NCBI GenBank assembly: GCA_030141605.1
Contig: JAQGDQ010001226.1
Location: 1-53,855, forward strand
Source of the DNA: Tubiluchus corallicola
Lineage: Eukaryota; Animalia; Priapulida
Length of the DNA stretch: 53,855 nt
Direction: 5' to 3'
Under the pieces are notes generated by a model that was not told the DNA's origin, ran no database searches, and saw only the letters and a program-made list of their open reading frames with translations. A program made the position numbers and the translations under genes. Positions 40,840-53,855 of the stretch are shown one piece after another (positions within the stretch are counted from its first letter, which is position 1; every line of letters begins with the position of its first letter).

Positions 40840-41904
40840 AAAACGATATGACGTCTTATGATGTAATATAATAATATTAAAAAGAAATTGTAATCTGTAA
40901 TATTAAGTTGCATAAAAGATAGTCAACAACTGTTTTTTAGAAAGCAAGTAAGAGATGCTTTGAAAATCATTATATTTAAAGCCAAGAATATTATCATATT
41001 ACGTAAAATATGCTCCCATTGGGCAAAATTAGTAAAATTGTTATGACGTATTATGACGTAGTAAACAATTAAAGTACAAATCCGAGAACAAAGTAAAGTA
41101 TTTTGTTGTATAGAAATTCTGAAGTGTTTAAATTACGACTAACTAACGTGCCTCCAATAACCATTACATAGGTTTATTGCTCACCAATCCACAAAACAAC
41201 AGCAACAGCAAAAACTTTTTTTACAATGTTCAAATTGCATGAAATGAAAAACGCTAATACATCCAACCACTAATAATCTCCTAATGCGTGAGCATTCCAC
41301 ATAGTTTTCGCTTTCTGCTCCTGAAATGCCGGCAATAACTAGTTGTTAACTGACACGAGTTTTTTCATTAATGTGTTATTTTGACGTCGCAAGCGAGTAA
41401 CCCAGTAATCCTAAAATGAAGAAATGAAAAGACATGACGTTTCTCTCCACATTGTGCACTCTCCTCGGGTGGAAAGACACAAAAAAATTTAAAGGAAAAG
41501 CACAAAAAAACATGAATGACGAATTTTATGGGATTTTTCTATCAATCCTTCCAATTCTTGTCATAATGAACTTTCTTCGTGTAATCGGACAAACACTGGT
41601 AGAAAAATATCAAATCTTGCAACAAATTTTGACAACTAACGAAAACTTAAACCGAACTGAAACTGAAAAAAGAAAACTAATAAAATAAAATCATTTTATT
41701 CTATTTCATGGCTTCTCTAATACATCTAGCATTTAGAGCAATATTTAGAGTTAAACTCACCATAATAGAAGCTTTCATAACATAAAATTCTACTCTCATT
41801 ACGAATATTCAGTTAATTTTATTATAAATTTACTGTAAAACTTGTTTCATATGATTTCAATCACTTCGTTGTTAGCGGTATTAAATTTGAAGAAGCGTCA
41901 TTTT

Positions 41905-42055
41905 CCGTTGCGCGAGACGAATGACGTAATGAGTACAGTCACCAGAACAACCAAAGATCGGTAAACAAACACCGGTAACCAAGGACGCTTTCTACACTAC
42001 GTACGTCATTCTCGCTGACTCACGCGAAAGACGTGAAACATGGCGATCTTTACGG
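41905..42055. promoter_or_regulatory. candidate regulatory cluster
   Basis: CpG-rich patch with TGACGTAA (CRE-like), GTAAACAAAC (Fox), TGACTCA (AP-1) and AACATGGCG (YY1-like). Confidence 0.3.
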
Positions 42056-42174
42056 CATTGCACTTCATTTAAAGTCTCTTTTGTTTAATAGTAACCATGA
42101 ATTCTTTGCGTAATCATAATAATGAGTTTAAAAAACTTATTCGATGTCTGCTGGGGTTATATAGGCTTTTAATA

Positions 42175-44091
42175 TTGTTTTTTAATCAACTTCTACTGCT
42201 TACCTCTGCCTGTGTTTTTTTTTAATCAACTTCTACTGCTTACCTCTGTCTGTGTTTTTTAGTCAACTTCTACTGCTTACTTCTGCCTGTGTTTTTTAAT
42301 CAACTTCTACTGCTTACCTCTGCCTGTGTTTTTTTAATCAACTTCTACTGCTTACTTCTGCCTGTGTTTTTTTAATCAACTTCTACTGCTTACCTCTGTC
42401 TGTGTTTTTTAATCAACTTCTACTGCTTACCTCTGCCTGTGTTTTTTTAATCAACTTCTACTGCTTACCTTTGCCTGTGTTTTTAATCAACTTCTACTGC
42501 TTACCTCTGCCTGTGTTTTTTTAATCAACTTCTACTGCTTACCTCTGCCTGTGTTTTTTTAATCAACTTCTACTGCTTACCTCTGCCTGTGTTTTTTAAT
42601 CAACTTCTACTGCTTACCTCTGCCTGTGTTTTTTAATCAACTTCTACTGCTTACCTCTGCCTGTGTTTTTTTAATCAACTTCTACTGCTTACCTCTGCCT
42701 GGTTTTTAATCAACTTCTACGCTTACCTCTGCCTGTTTTTAATCAACTTCTACTGCTTACCTCTGCCTGTGTTTTTTTAATCAACTTCTACTGCTTACCT
42801 CTGCCTGTGTTTTTTTAATCAACTTCTACTGCTACCTCTGCCTGTGTTTTTAATCAACTTCTACTGCTTACCTCTGCCTGTGTTTTTTAATCAACTTCTA
42901 CTGCTTACCTCTGCCTGTGTTTTTTAAATCAACTTCTACTGCTTACCTCTGCCTGTGTTTTTTTAATCAACTTCTACTGCTTACCTCTGCCTGTGTTTTT
43001 TTAATCAACTTCTACTGCTTACCTCTGCCTGTGTTTTTTTAATCAACTTCTACTGCTTACCTCTGCCTGTGTTTTTTTAATCAACTTCTACTGCTTACCT
43101 CTGCCTGTGTTTTTTAATCAACTTCTACTGCTTACCTCTGCCTGTGTTTTTTTAATCAACTTCTACTGCTTACCTCTGCCTGTGTTTTTTTAATCAACTT
43201 CTACTGCTTACCTCTGCCTGTGTTTTTTTAATCAACTTCTACTGCTTACCTCTGCCTGTGTTTTTTTAATCAACTTCTACTGCTTACCTCTGCCTGTGTT
43301 TTTTAATCAACTTCTACTGCTTACCTCTGCCTGTGTTTTTTAATCAACTTCTACTGCTTACCTCTGCCTGTGTTTTTTAATCAACTTCTACTGCTTACCT
43401 CTGCCTGTGTTTTTTTAATCAACTTCTACTGCTTACCTCTGCCTGTGTTTTTTAATCAACTTCACTGCTTACCTCGCCTGTGTTTTTTAATCAACTTGCT
43501 TACCTCTGGTGTTTTTTTAATCAACTTCTACGTTGTGTGTTTTTTTTTTACTGCTTACCTCTGCCTGTGTTTTTTAATCAATTTCTACTGCTTACCTCTG
43601 CCTGTGTTTTTTAATCAACTTCTACTGCTTACCTCTGCCTGTGTGTTTTAATCAACTTCTACTGCTTACCTCTGTCTGTGTTTTTTAATCAACTTCTACT
43701 GCTTACCTCTGCCTGTGTTTTTTAATCAATTTCTACTGCTTACCTCTGCCTGTGTTTTTTAATCAACTTCTACTGCTTACCTCTGCCTGTGTTTTTTAAT
43801 CAACTTCTACTGCTTACCTCTGCTTGTGTTTTTTAATCAACTTCTACTGCTTACCTCTGCCTGTGTTTTTTAATCATCTTCTACTGCTTACCTCTGCCTG
43901 TGTTTTTTAAATCAACTTCTACTGCTTACCGCTGCCTGTGTTTTTTAAATCAACTTCTACTGCTTACCGCTGCCTGTGTTTTTTAAATCAACTTCTACTG
44001 CTTACCTCTGCCTGTGTTTTTTTAATCAACTTCTACTGCTTACCTCTGCCTGTGTTTTTTAAATCAACTTCTACTGCTTACCGCTGCCTGT
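42175..44091. repeat. 37-39-bp minisatellite, ~50 copies (AATCAACTTCTACTGCTTACCTCTGCCTGTG + T5-9)
   Basis: Tandem units differ mainly in T-run length. Confidence 0.98.
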
Positions 44092-45929
44092 GGTAGCAAG
44101 TATTAATAAACTGAAGGCTGAGCAATTAAACATGTTTTCTTCAGCTGCTACGTATCAGCCGAAACAGAACCTGCGGCCTTCGCCCAAACTGCCCATTTTG
44201 TTGGGCACTTATTCAGCTTACGTCGTAACTGGAATTTGAAATGACTTGTTGAGAGGCATTTGAGATAGAGTAGTGGCGAATTTGACTGCCAGTGCAATGC
44301 GCGTCGGAGGAAAACTCTCACAAGACAAAGATTCAATTAAGGAGGCTTTTAAACGACTCGCCTCTTAGTAACATCATCAGTGATCTTTGGTTTGTTTCCC
44401 GGCGTGATGAGCTGCAGAGTACGTGGGGTGGATCTAAGCCGAGGGTTTTGCACCTAAATGCGAAAATCAAGACTGAACGCGCGCGTATGTAGTTTAGACG
44501 ATGTAAGAAACGCAGCGCTGAAATACATACGATTGTTAAATTATATTTTTTGATTGTATGGACTAAATTAGTTACAGGCAGGTGAATGCAACACTAATTT
44601 TATACTTGCATGTCCTCGGGCTATTCTATTACTATGGATTAATAATTTAAAATTGAATTGAAAATAATTACAGTGCAGATGAAAAGCGATAGGCCCACTC
44701 TGTAGTCAGGCACATACATGCAAAATAATTTACTTTGTATTGAAACAGATAAGCCGTCTAGCACTCTAGGAAGGAGTCATTATGAACACTACCTGAAAAC
44801 AACCGAGTCGCCAAACTGTATGAGCATTCCCAAGAGCTTAGTGCATTTCAGTTGTGTTCTGTACAGTATTGGATTACGCTTATTCATAGGCAATGCATAG
44901 ATGGATGAACATTTCGCACGCGAGTTTCAAAACTTACATGCCATTATTACGTCATTTGGTTATGTGACCCAGGCTCAATCACTTATTATTGTTAGACGAC
45001 GAGCTTCTGAAAGACTTATCATTTATAACGTTTGAAAAAAAACGAATACTCCTTGAATTCGCAATGGGAAAAAAAGCGAAACTTCACAAGAATAATACTG
45101 GAATGAATTCTGCACTGAATGACAGAATCAAATTTTAAATTCAAGATGGCGGCGATAACATACTTTTCGTGAAAGGCTACACCAATTCGTAACGAATCGT
45201 CATGAAACTTTGTAGGAATACACTAGAGCGAAATCGGCATCCATGGACAAAGTTCGATTTTCCATCCGCCATTTTGATTTCAAAATGCCAGCGATAAAAT
45301 GCATGTAGTTTTCATAATTTTGATTGCTTATTCATCGTTATATATATTTACTGAATAAATTATTACTTTCTTTTGTACATAAAATCACACCCAATCGTTT
45401 AATGGTCATTATGGTCATCGGGCACCACGCTAACATTAATAATAGGCAAACCAAGACGAAATTAATGAATTTATCCGATCTGCATTACAAATTAACGCTC
45501 ATTAGTTGCCTTAATTAGACTGAGCAACGTTAGCAGAACGTTGTACTGAAACTTCGGAAAGGCAGTTAGCATGCCAAGTCCCTTGACTATTATAACGGTT
45601 TGACAGGTAATGTTTCACAACTAGACCTTAATTAAACTCAAATAAAGATGAGAGAGTGAGATTTAAGTCTGTGATTGCGCTGTGTGGTATGTTTACCTGG
45701 TGTATGCAGTGAAGCAAACACATGTACACTACATACATCGATGTCGCATACAGTTTATCCAGCAAATCAAGTGACCATCTAAACAGCCTTGTGCGAAGGA
45801 AAATGGGCACAACTGGACTAATTAGCTAAAAGCTCAGGTAGCGCTGCAATCAGCAGTATGCGAATGTTTTTACAAAATGCCGGTAGTGTTGCCTTAATAT
45901 TTAATAGTGCTAGTAGAAGCAACAACTGC

Positions 45930-45976
45930 AGTGGTGGTAGTAGTAGTGATAGTGGTAGTGGTAATGGTAGTTGTAT

Positions 45977-46045
<69 letters not shown>

Positions 46046-46100
46046 CATCAGCAGCAGCAGCAGTAGCAATAGTAGTGATCGTAGCAACACTAGTGGTAGC
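45930..46100. repeat. (AGT/GGT/AGC)n trinucleotide tract
   Basis: Direct observation. Confidence 0.93.
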
Positions 46101-47072
46101 AACAGTTGTACAGGTACAAATAGTTAAACTGAATGTTACTACCGCATTTCAGTAGGTTGTTTAAATTCCTAACTAAATAATATGCCTGTATTTCGAAACG
46201 ACCTACTTTTTATATTTCAGTCAGTAAAATCCGTTTATTGTAGCATTCACAATACGTTTAAACCGTTTGAGTACAAAAGGCTAATGCACACTAAAACGTC
46301 AGAATGTATACTGTCATTGAGAACAACATTGAATGAAACCAAAGATAGTATTTTAGCTTAGATAAGGAACGTAGATTATCCGAACAAAGACGTAATGATT
46401 ATTATATTGTAAACGGTAGTTTATACATGCTAAGCCTACAAAGCAACTTCATTCGATGATAAAAATGCATCCTCTTCATCGCCACCGTTCCGCCCGATGC
46501 TGTTGCCTTCATCTTTATCATCAAATGCCAACGGTTAATCAGTCATACTTGCAATCAACTAATATTTCCGTGCTAAATAGATTTCTATGGCGTACATTCA
46601 ATTTTGACACAGACAATAATGCAAGGCTTTCACTGCCTTGAGATTAGCTTAAAAAGTCTATTTTCCCCTTTAAGCAAGTAATATCAGTATAATTATAGTT
46701 TCACATATTCGACAACAAAATGTCTGAAATTGCACTGAAAATCACTGCAAAGCAATTCACTCTATCTGTATGCAAGTAGTCAATTTCACAGAGCGTCTCC
46801 TGCAGTGAATAGACGGAAACTTTACGGGAAATGATCTACAACGGGTTCAAGCCTATATATTTACGTTTGCAGACTTTCCTGCCTTGACTGCAGCTTACTT
46901 GGCATGATTTGCGAATCTCTGGCAGTCTGAGCCGGGAAGAATTAATGCGCGTTCACCAAACTTAGCAGCTGATATAATCAAATAGTTTTTATGACATTTC
47001 AAATACGGAATCGTTCAAGGAACAACACCGGTGCCAGTCATAATTTAATTTACATGTTTGTCATTTGACAGG

Positions 47073-47089
47073 TACTACTACTACTACTG

Positions 47090-47142
<53 letters not shown>

Positions 47143-47212
47143 GCTACTGCTACTGCTACTGCTACTGCTACTGCTACTGCTACTGCTACTGCTACTGCTG
47201 CTGCTGCTGCTG

Positions 47213-47249
<37 letters not shown>
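47073..47249. repeat. (ACT)n/(ACTGCT)n tract
   Basis: Direct observation. Confidence 0.95.
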
Positions 47250-47954
47250 CGCTGCAGTTGTTGCTTCTACTACCACTATTAAATATGAAGACAACACTAC
47301 CTTCATTTTGTAAAAAAATTCACATTCCGTTGCAGTAGTACCAGCAGGAAAACGTAGGTGACTTTGAAAAAATTAATACAAACATAAAATGAACGTTCAG
47401 TGGAGTGTGAGTGCATCACTCTGTCAAATGTTAAATCAGACTCTAAAGTGATCAATACGTTTTGGTGAGACCGTCAGTAAGTTTTGTTTTCGCAGGCGTT
47501 TTTATTTTCAAAAATTGGAAATTAATAGCGTCAGATACGACTCGTAATTACTATTAGTTTCTTGTATTGTGACCAATTTTCAGCATTTCAATTTTCATAG
47601 TAAAAATTAATGGTGTTTAAGTGATTTCATCGACGCTACGTTGCTGTTCTTTGCTCAGTTCTTCCTTCAATCAGTCTTTCTCCGCTTTATTTCCATCTTT
47701 TTTTCTTCTTTGGTTGATCAAAATTTCACTGGTTGAGCGTTTGTGCGTCTGTTTGGCTGGTTAGTTAGTTAACTGGTTGTTGGATTGACCGCTTGGTTAG
47801 TTTGCCGATTAATTGACTGATTAGTTGATACTTATTCCGTTGGTTTGTTTGTTCACTTGTTCGTTTTTTTTGTTCATTCATTCCGTGAATGTTCAATCTT
47901 TTCCTGTTTCGACAATGCCTAGCCATTCGTTGGCTTTTACTTTTACCTGTTTGC

Positions 47955-48072
47955 TTGTTTGTTGTTGTTGTTATTGTTGTTGTTGTTGTTGCTGTTGTTG
48001 TTGTTGTTGCTGCTGTCGTTGTTGTGGTGGTGGTTTTGGTGGTGGTAGCGCGCGGGCGGTTGTTGTTGTTGT
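47955..48072. repeat. (GTT)n tract
   Basis: Direct observation. Confidence 0.92.
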
Positions 48073-48134
48073 TATAGCTCTAGAAAAGCTAGAAAAAGTT
48101 AACGCAGTTTATTGTGTATTTAATTAATGATCAC

Positions 48135-48514
48135 TTGTTCACATGACAAGCTTTTCACATGACATTCTGTTCACATGACATGCTGTTTACATAACAAGCT
48201 GTTCACATGACATGATGTTCACATAACAAGCTGTTCACATGACATGATGTTCACATGACATGCTGTTTACATGACATGCTGTTCACATGACATGCTGTTT
48301 ACATGACATGCTGTTCACATGACATGCTGTTTACATGACATGCTGTTCACATGACATGCTGTTTACATGATATGCTGTTCACATGACATGCTGTTCACAT
48401 GACATGCAGTTCACATCACAAGCTTTTCACATGGCATGCTGTTTACATGACATGCTGTTTACATGACATGCTGTTCACATGACATGCTGTTCACATGACA
48501 TGCTGTACACATGA
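48135..48514. repeat. 16-bp minisatellite, ~23 copies (GCTGTTCACATGACAT)
   Basis: Period 16. Confidence 0.96.
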
Positions 48515-48984
48515 ATGACAGAATCCTTCTGCCGATAATCTTGTAAAACAAGTTAAAATATTAGACGGTAATAGACTGCACAACGATTTAGCCTTGACGA
48601 ATCTCTGTACAAATAACTTGATTGACTTTTAAACTAATTTCAAGATTAAGGTGCGCAAACAGTACTTTAAACGATAATACTGGACATTAACTTAATTCCA
48701 ATTGATTTAGACAAATATCTCATTTCGTCTACTTGAAATTGTCCACTTTAACCAGTTTCAAGTTGGTTTCAAATTTGTGTTAAATACCATACGGAAGCAG
48801 ATCGTTTAAGGGCAAGTAATTTAAGCCGTTGCAGTAAAAAAGCGTGAGATCCAGACTATCTTCGAGCAGCTTTTACATCTCTGAAGAAAATGCTCTACTA
48901 AAGAGGGAATTTTATACGCCCTTGAGTACAAATTACCCAGAACAAAATTCTTAAACTAATATATCATGTAGGGTATGACCGTCC

Positions 48985-49562
48985 CACAAATATAATTTAC
49001 TTGTCTGTTAAAACTCTTAAAGTGAAAGAAATATATGACATGTATTGTCTTCATTTCATGTATCAGTATCATAATTCACTACTTCCACCAGCTTTTCAGT
49101 CATACTTTAGTCCAGTTTCAAATCAACATGATCATTACACAAGATATTCAGTCGGAAACTCCCTCTTCCAAAAACAAATATAATGAAACAGTCATCAAAA
49201 TATAATGCTATTAAAATATGGTCATCAATTCCGCGTGAAATGAAAATTCTTAATCTTTATCAATTTAAAAAAGCATCAAAGAATTACCTACTACAACGGT
49301 ATAATTAACTCACAATTTTACTCATCCTGATCTTAAGTTACTAACAAAACTTATTTTGTTCTAATGTACGTTATAACTGATGAAAATACTATGTAATGTT
49401 AATTGTCAATTGTTCCGCTTATCTGGAGGAGGACTCGAAAGCTTAATGCTCCTTCCTCCTCCTCACAGTAACTCGTTTATTTATAATTTTTTTCCAATGT
49501 AATATCAATTTGTATGCATGTTTGTGCTGCTTGAATAAATTCATAATTCATAATTCATAATT
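48985..49562 (+). mobile_element. 3' fragment of an L2/Crack-like LINE
   Basis: LKVKEIY..LHFMYQYHNSLLPPAFQSYF..HDHYTR, then SSKYNAIKIWSSIPREMK..FKK..KNYL*. Stem GGAGGAGGA/TCCTCCTCC (49425-49462), then GAATAA and an (ATTCATA)n tail. Confidence 0.85.
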
Positions 49563-50520
49563 GAGTAACGTGGGTACTTAGGACAACTTATATTAGTAAA
49601 CGCTCCACGAGTGTTTTTGCTCTATAGTGTGAGGCTGTAGTCTATCTTGCCCCTTTGAACAAGGTAAAAAGTAATTATTACCTTGAGACAAGGGTGTCAA
49701 GACAAGTTAAAGAGGGTGAATAATTTTAGTTTTATAAAAGCTTCAATATTTTGCAGAACGACGAAATTTTCCTACGAACATTCAAGCAGCATGTCTGTCA
49801 AAACTTTCTGGCATTATTCTTAGTGATTATGAAATCTTACTTAAAGCCGATTTAATGAATCTGCAACGTTAGGCAAACAGTAGGAAAGCCTTGATTTGTC
49901 ACAGTTACATGGTTAATGGAGCCAATCTAGATCTGGCACTGATTGTTCTGGCTCCGATTAATGCGCTGAAATAATAATTGCAAGTTAATAATGTTACTTG
50001 GCTTCATTAGTGCTCTGAATTTTGTTTCTCCATTTCTTATCACTCATCGTTGCTCTTTTTCCAACTTTTGTAACCTTCTTGTGTTGTTTACTTTTTTATT
50101 TTATTTTTTGCCTTCCTCTTCATTTCTTTTCTTCTTTCTTCTTTCACTTTTATTTTCTTTGTTCCTTTTGGTTAATTTTCTTTCCTTTCACCTCCTTTTC
50201 ATTCTTCTGTTCCTTTTGATAAGCGTTCACTGCCATTTCATCATACGTCAAAATTACTTGTTCAAGTGGGCTAGAAGTTAGATCACGTCTATAACACAAC
50301 GTGGAACGTTTGTGCGTTACTGACACTTACATGCAGCAGATCAGAAATCAGCCGTGCTATGGTGAATTACGAGTTCACTATTGCACTTCTTGACAATATA
50401 ATGTTAGCAGTACTGCGGCCGGTCTCCTAAATATCAATAACAGCAAACATTCCACGTAGTTTTTCTAATTCGTCTAGCATTATAGTGAAGTTCAATAACA
50501 TACACGAAAGTAAATCTTGA

Positions 50521-51558
50521 GTCTACACAGTATGAAATCATAAGTATGATCTTGTGTCTACACAGTATGAAATTATAAGTATGATCTTGTGTCTACACAG
50601 TATGAAATCATAAGTATGATGTTCGTCTACACAGTATGAAATCATAAGTATGATGTTGCGTCTACACAGTATGAAATTATAAGTATGATCTTGCGTCTAC
50701 ACAGTATGAAATCATAAGTATGATCTTGTGTCTACACAGTATGAAATCATAAGTATGATCCTGTGTCTACACAGTATGAAATTATAAGTATGATCTTGCG
50801 TCTACACAGTATGAAATCATAAGTATGATCTTGCGTCTACACAGTATGAAATCATAAGTATGATCTTGTGTCTACACAGTATGAAATCATAAGTATGATC
50901 TTGTGTCTACACAGTATGAAATTATAAGTATGATCTTGCGTCTACACAGTATGAAATTATAAGTATGATGTTGCGTCTATACAGTATGAAATTATAAGTA
51001 TGATCTTGCGTCTACACAGTATGAAATCATAAGTATGATCTTGCGTCTACACAGTATGAAATCATAAGTATGATCTTGCGTCTACACAGTATGAAATCAT
51101 AAGTATGATCTTGCGTCTACACAGTATGAAATCATAAGTATGATCTTGTGTCTACACAGTATGAAATCATAAGTATGATCTTGTGTCTACACAGTATGAA
51201 ATTATAAGTATGATGTTGCGTCTATACAGTATGAAATTATAAGTATGATCTTGCGTCTACACAGTATGAAATTATAAGTATGATCTTGTGTCTACACAGT
51301 ATGAAATCATAAGTATGATCTTGTGTCTACACAGTATGAAATTATAAGTATGATCTTGCGTCTACACAGTATGAAATTATAAGTATGATGTTGCGTCTAT
51401 ACAGTATGAAATTATAAGTATGATCTTGCGTCTACACAGTATGAAATCATAAGTATGATCTTGCGTCTACACAGTATGAAATCATAAGTATGATCTTGCG
51501 TCTACACAGTATGAAATCATAAGTATGATGTTGCGTCTACACAGTATGAAATCATAAG
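50521..51558. repeat. 35-bp minisatellite, ~30 copies (GTCTACACAGTATGAAATCATAAGTATGATCTTGC)
   Basis: Period 35. Confidence 0.98.
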
Positions 51559-51842
51559 CGCGTCACAGCTTCTGCTGTGGAATATTTCGAAAGCATAAAA
51601 AACTACCCAAGATTCGGCCTAGTATGAAATAAAATACATGACTCAGGGTTAAACTTTACGAACTAAAGGAAGAAAATATTGAATTGCTTGTCACTCACTT
51701 GCATTAGCACTGCGGCCATTGACTTGTACACAAATGTATAGGCAACGCAGTATCTAGTTCAATTCAATTCAAGTTTAATTTCCATTAGTCAATTGTAGTC
51801 CTGGCAAACTATTATGCTACTAGTTCTTGCGTTTTTTTTCAA

Positions 51843-51918
51843 TCCTGGCAACACTGCAGCAGCTTCCGGGTTAGTAACAAAAATGACGACACAGACGACT
51901 GTGGTCACAGAAGTATGT
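51843..51918 (+). promoter_or_regulatory. candidate promoter and first exon (MTTQTTVVTE|GTATGT)
   Basis: CTGGCAACACTG (RFX half-site-like), CTTCCGG (ETS), AAAAATG at 51883, ten codons, then the donor-like GTATGT at 51913. Confidence 0.35.
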
Positions 51919-52018
51919 AAACGCTCTGCTTAGTGAAACCACGCATCATCATTTCTTCTCCTCTCTCCTCTCCCCCTCTTTCTCCCCCTTCTACGATCTC
52001 TGTCTCTCTCGCTCTTAC

Positions 52019-52884
52019 CCTATTATGGAATTTAGGTGCTAGTTTTATGCTCATGTCAACTGTAAGACTAACGTTCGTTGGCAATTTTTTAATCACCGCG
52101 TCATTCGTGTGACATTCATTTGTAATCCTATCCTGGGTGGCAAATGATGTTGGAGATTACAGCTAACTTAATCATTTTACCGAACATATTACTTCTGATC
52201 TGAAAATTCATTATCCTCGCTATACGCTGGAGCGTATTAGCTGGTGTGATAATAGTAGACTTAATACCTAATCTTACCTCGTGCAGGTACAAATGTTTTG
52301 GTCCGTTACCCCTTCCCAAGCTAGTATATGCATTAGAAGCCACAATATATTAGACTGTAGTTCAACAAGCTAAACTACTTTTTCCCAAGGTAGTATATGC
52401 ATTAGAAGCCACAATATATTAGACTGTAGTTCAACAAGCTATAGACTACTTTTTCTACTCTGACATTGTATAGGTGGAACTCATTATGCACACACGTCTC
52501 TGTTACATTTAAAATTTGACTTATAATTATACTGCTACCTTTTACTGACATTCTGGCTTTTTCTCCACTCAATATTGGACGAACAATGTATGTATACATT
52601 TTAGCTTTTTAGTGTAACGTAGTAATCTGTAGCACTTATTTCAGTAGGTTTGTAGAGGTAGTAATTGTAGACTACAGAAAATTTGCATTTTGCAGAATAA
52701 ACTAACATAGATATGAGAACGCAACTTTGGTTTGAGCGTACACATTACATTACCTATCCTCAATGGTCACCTGAAACCCTGTGTACATGTCGGTTTTTTG
52801 GAAATATCGAGCGTTCACACTGCATAGGATGTTTATCTTGAGAGAGATCTTCCTAGGACAAGTGATGGGCCATGTGACGGAATT
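52019..52884 (-). CDS. tentative chain of phase-compatible small exons, unknown product
   Basis: AG/GT-bounded segments 52884-52754, 52320-52278, 52199-52181 and 52059-52019 join in frame. They were assembled by hand and no family was securely recognised. Confidence 0.25.
52313..52455. repeat. 70-bp tandem duplication
   Basis: TTCCCAAG(C/G)TAGTATATGCATTAGAAGCC...CAAGCTA occurs twice. Confidence 0.95.
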
Positions 52885-53684
52885 CTGAATCCCGAACTCA
52901 AAAATAAGCAAAATTGGTTGAGCCGTCCTCACCCATCTTACAAATATCATTTCCCGGTAGCTTTAGCTCTTATTTAATTTTAGCCGCTATTTTTCATAAC
53001 TAGTGAACGTTTTGAATAAAATACCCTGAAAAACGGGAAGTTTTTTGCTGAACCAATAGGCAAGCTACACATGTGAGATAGTCAAGTACAGTATTATACC
53101 CCTCGAGTCAGGAACTAATCCCTGTTACAGTAAACGCTGTGCATCTTTCATCAGTTTGGGGGTATACGTCACAGATTTGTGTGTCGTCACCTTCCACTAT
53201 TGTCGTGTCCATGAATAAGTGTAGCTGGCGATTCCAAAAGTTAGAAAAGCATCAAAACGACTCTGTCCAGGACATTATTATTATTTTGTTTGGCAAAGTG
53301 TTTTGCACATGCAATTGGCAGGTGCGTTTAAAAAAATTTGCAATTAACAATACCTGTACCTCACCCACATTTCATAAATTGTTTTCTTCACCACAATGTA
53401 CTGGAGTAATCACGCTTATAATTTTGATCTTAGCTAAAATTTAACATATGTTTATGTAACAAATGAAAGCTTTCATATTAGCAGCTTTATGGTTGTTTTT
53501 CATTATTTGTTTAGTCTGTATTTAGAATTAATAAATTGTACTGCAGAATTGATAGCTTGTTTAATAAGAAATTGTAACTCTGAAGAATTTTATGTAAAAA
53601 TTTATTTAACATTTTTGTACTTATGTGCCCTGCAAATAGAGGGCTTATTGTATCATTTTCAATAAAGATTTTTAATAATAATTA

Positions 53685-53689
<5 letters not shown>

Positions 53690-53764
<75 letters not shown>

Positions 53765-53855
53765 TCTCTCTCTCTCTCTCTTTCTCCCCCTCTCCTTCTC
53801 TCTCTCTCTCTCTCTCTTTCTCCTCTCCTCTCTCTCTCTCTCTCTCTCTCTTTCT
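53690..53855. repeat. (CT)n tract running off the window
   Basis: Direct observation. Confidence 0.95.

Noticed and set aside
45130-45300. CAAGATGGCGGC...CCGCCATTTTG as YY1 promoter sites
   Set aside because: Together with ATGAAACTTTGTAGG it looks more like a fragment of a common interspersed repeat. Its boundaries could not be defined.
52713-52856. C-L-S-TGA read as a CxxU selenoprotein motif
   Set aside because: A TAG follows four codons later, no SECIS was identified and no selenoprotein family resembles it.

Overview
This is AT-rich eukaryotic DNA, most likely from an invertebrate animal (inferred from the LINE/SINE/MITE types), and it is gene-poor and repeat-rich. The one clear protein-coding feature is a single-exon 373-aa type II membrane GT-A-fold glycosyltransferase (39375-40496, +). 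A second gene may lie at the right end (about 51.8-53.3 kb), but its strand is unresolved. About 15 mutually unrelated minisatellite arrays (units 12-107 bp) make up roughly a quarter of the window, plus many microsatellites. Also present are 5'-truncated or decayed LINEs (RTE-X-like, CR1-like, L2/Crack-like), two PIF/Harbinger-type MITEs with TTA target duplications, hAT-type MITEs and a SINE remnant. The most notable pattern is that several arrays were amplified in place from identifiable host sequence: a LINE 3'-terminal hairpin (52x), a CR1 RT motif (14x), the glycosyltransferase's last codons and stop (8x), and a candidate splice acceptor (2x). There is no CRISPR array or prokaryotic system, and most long ORFs in the track are repeat artefacts. 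Family assignments are from recalled motifs, not database searches.
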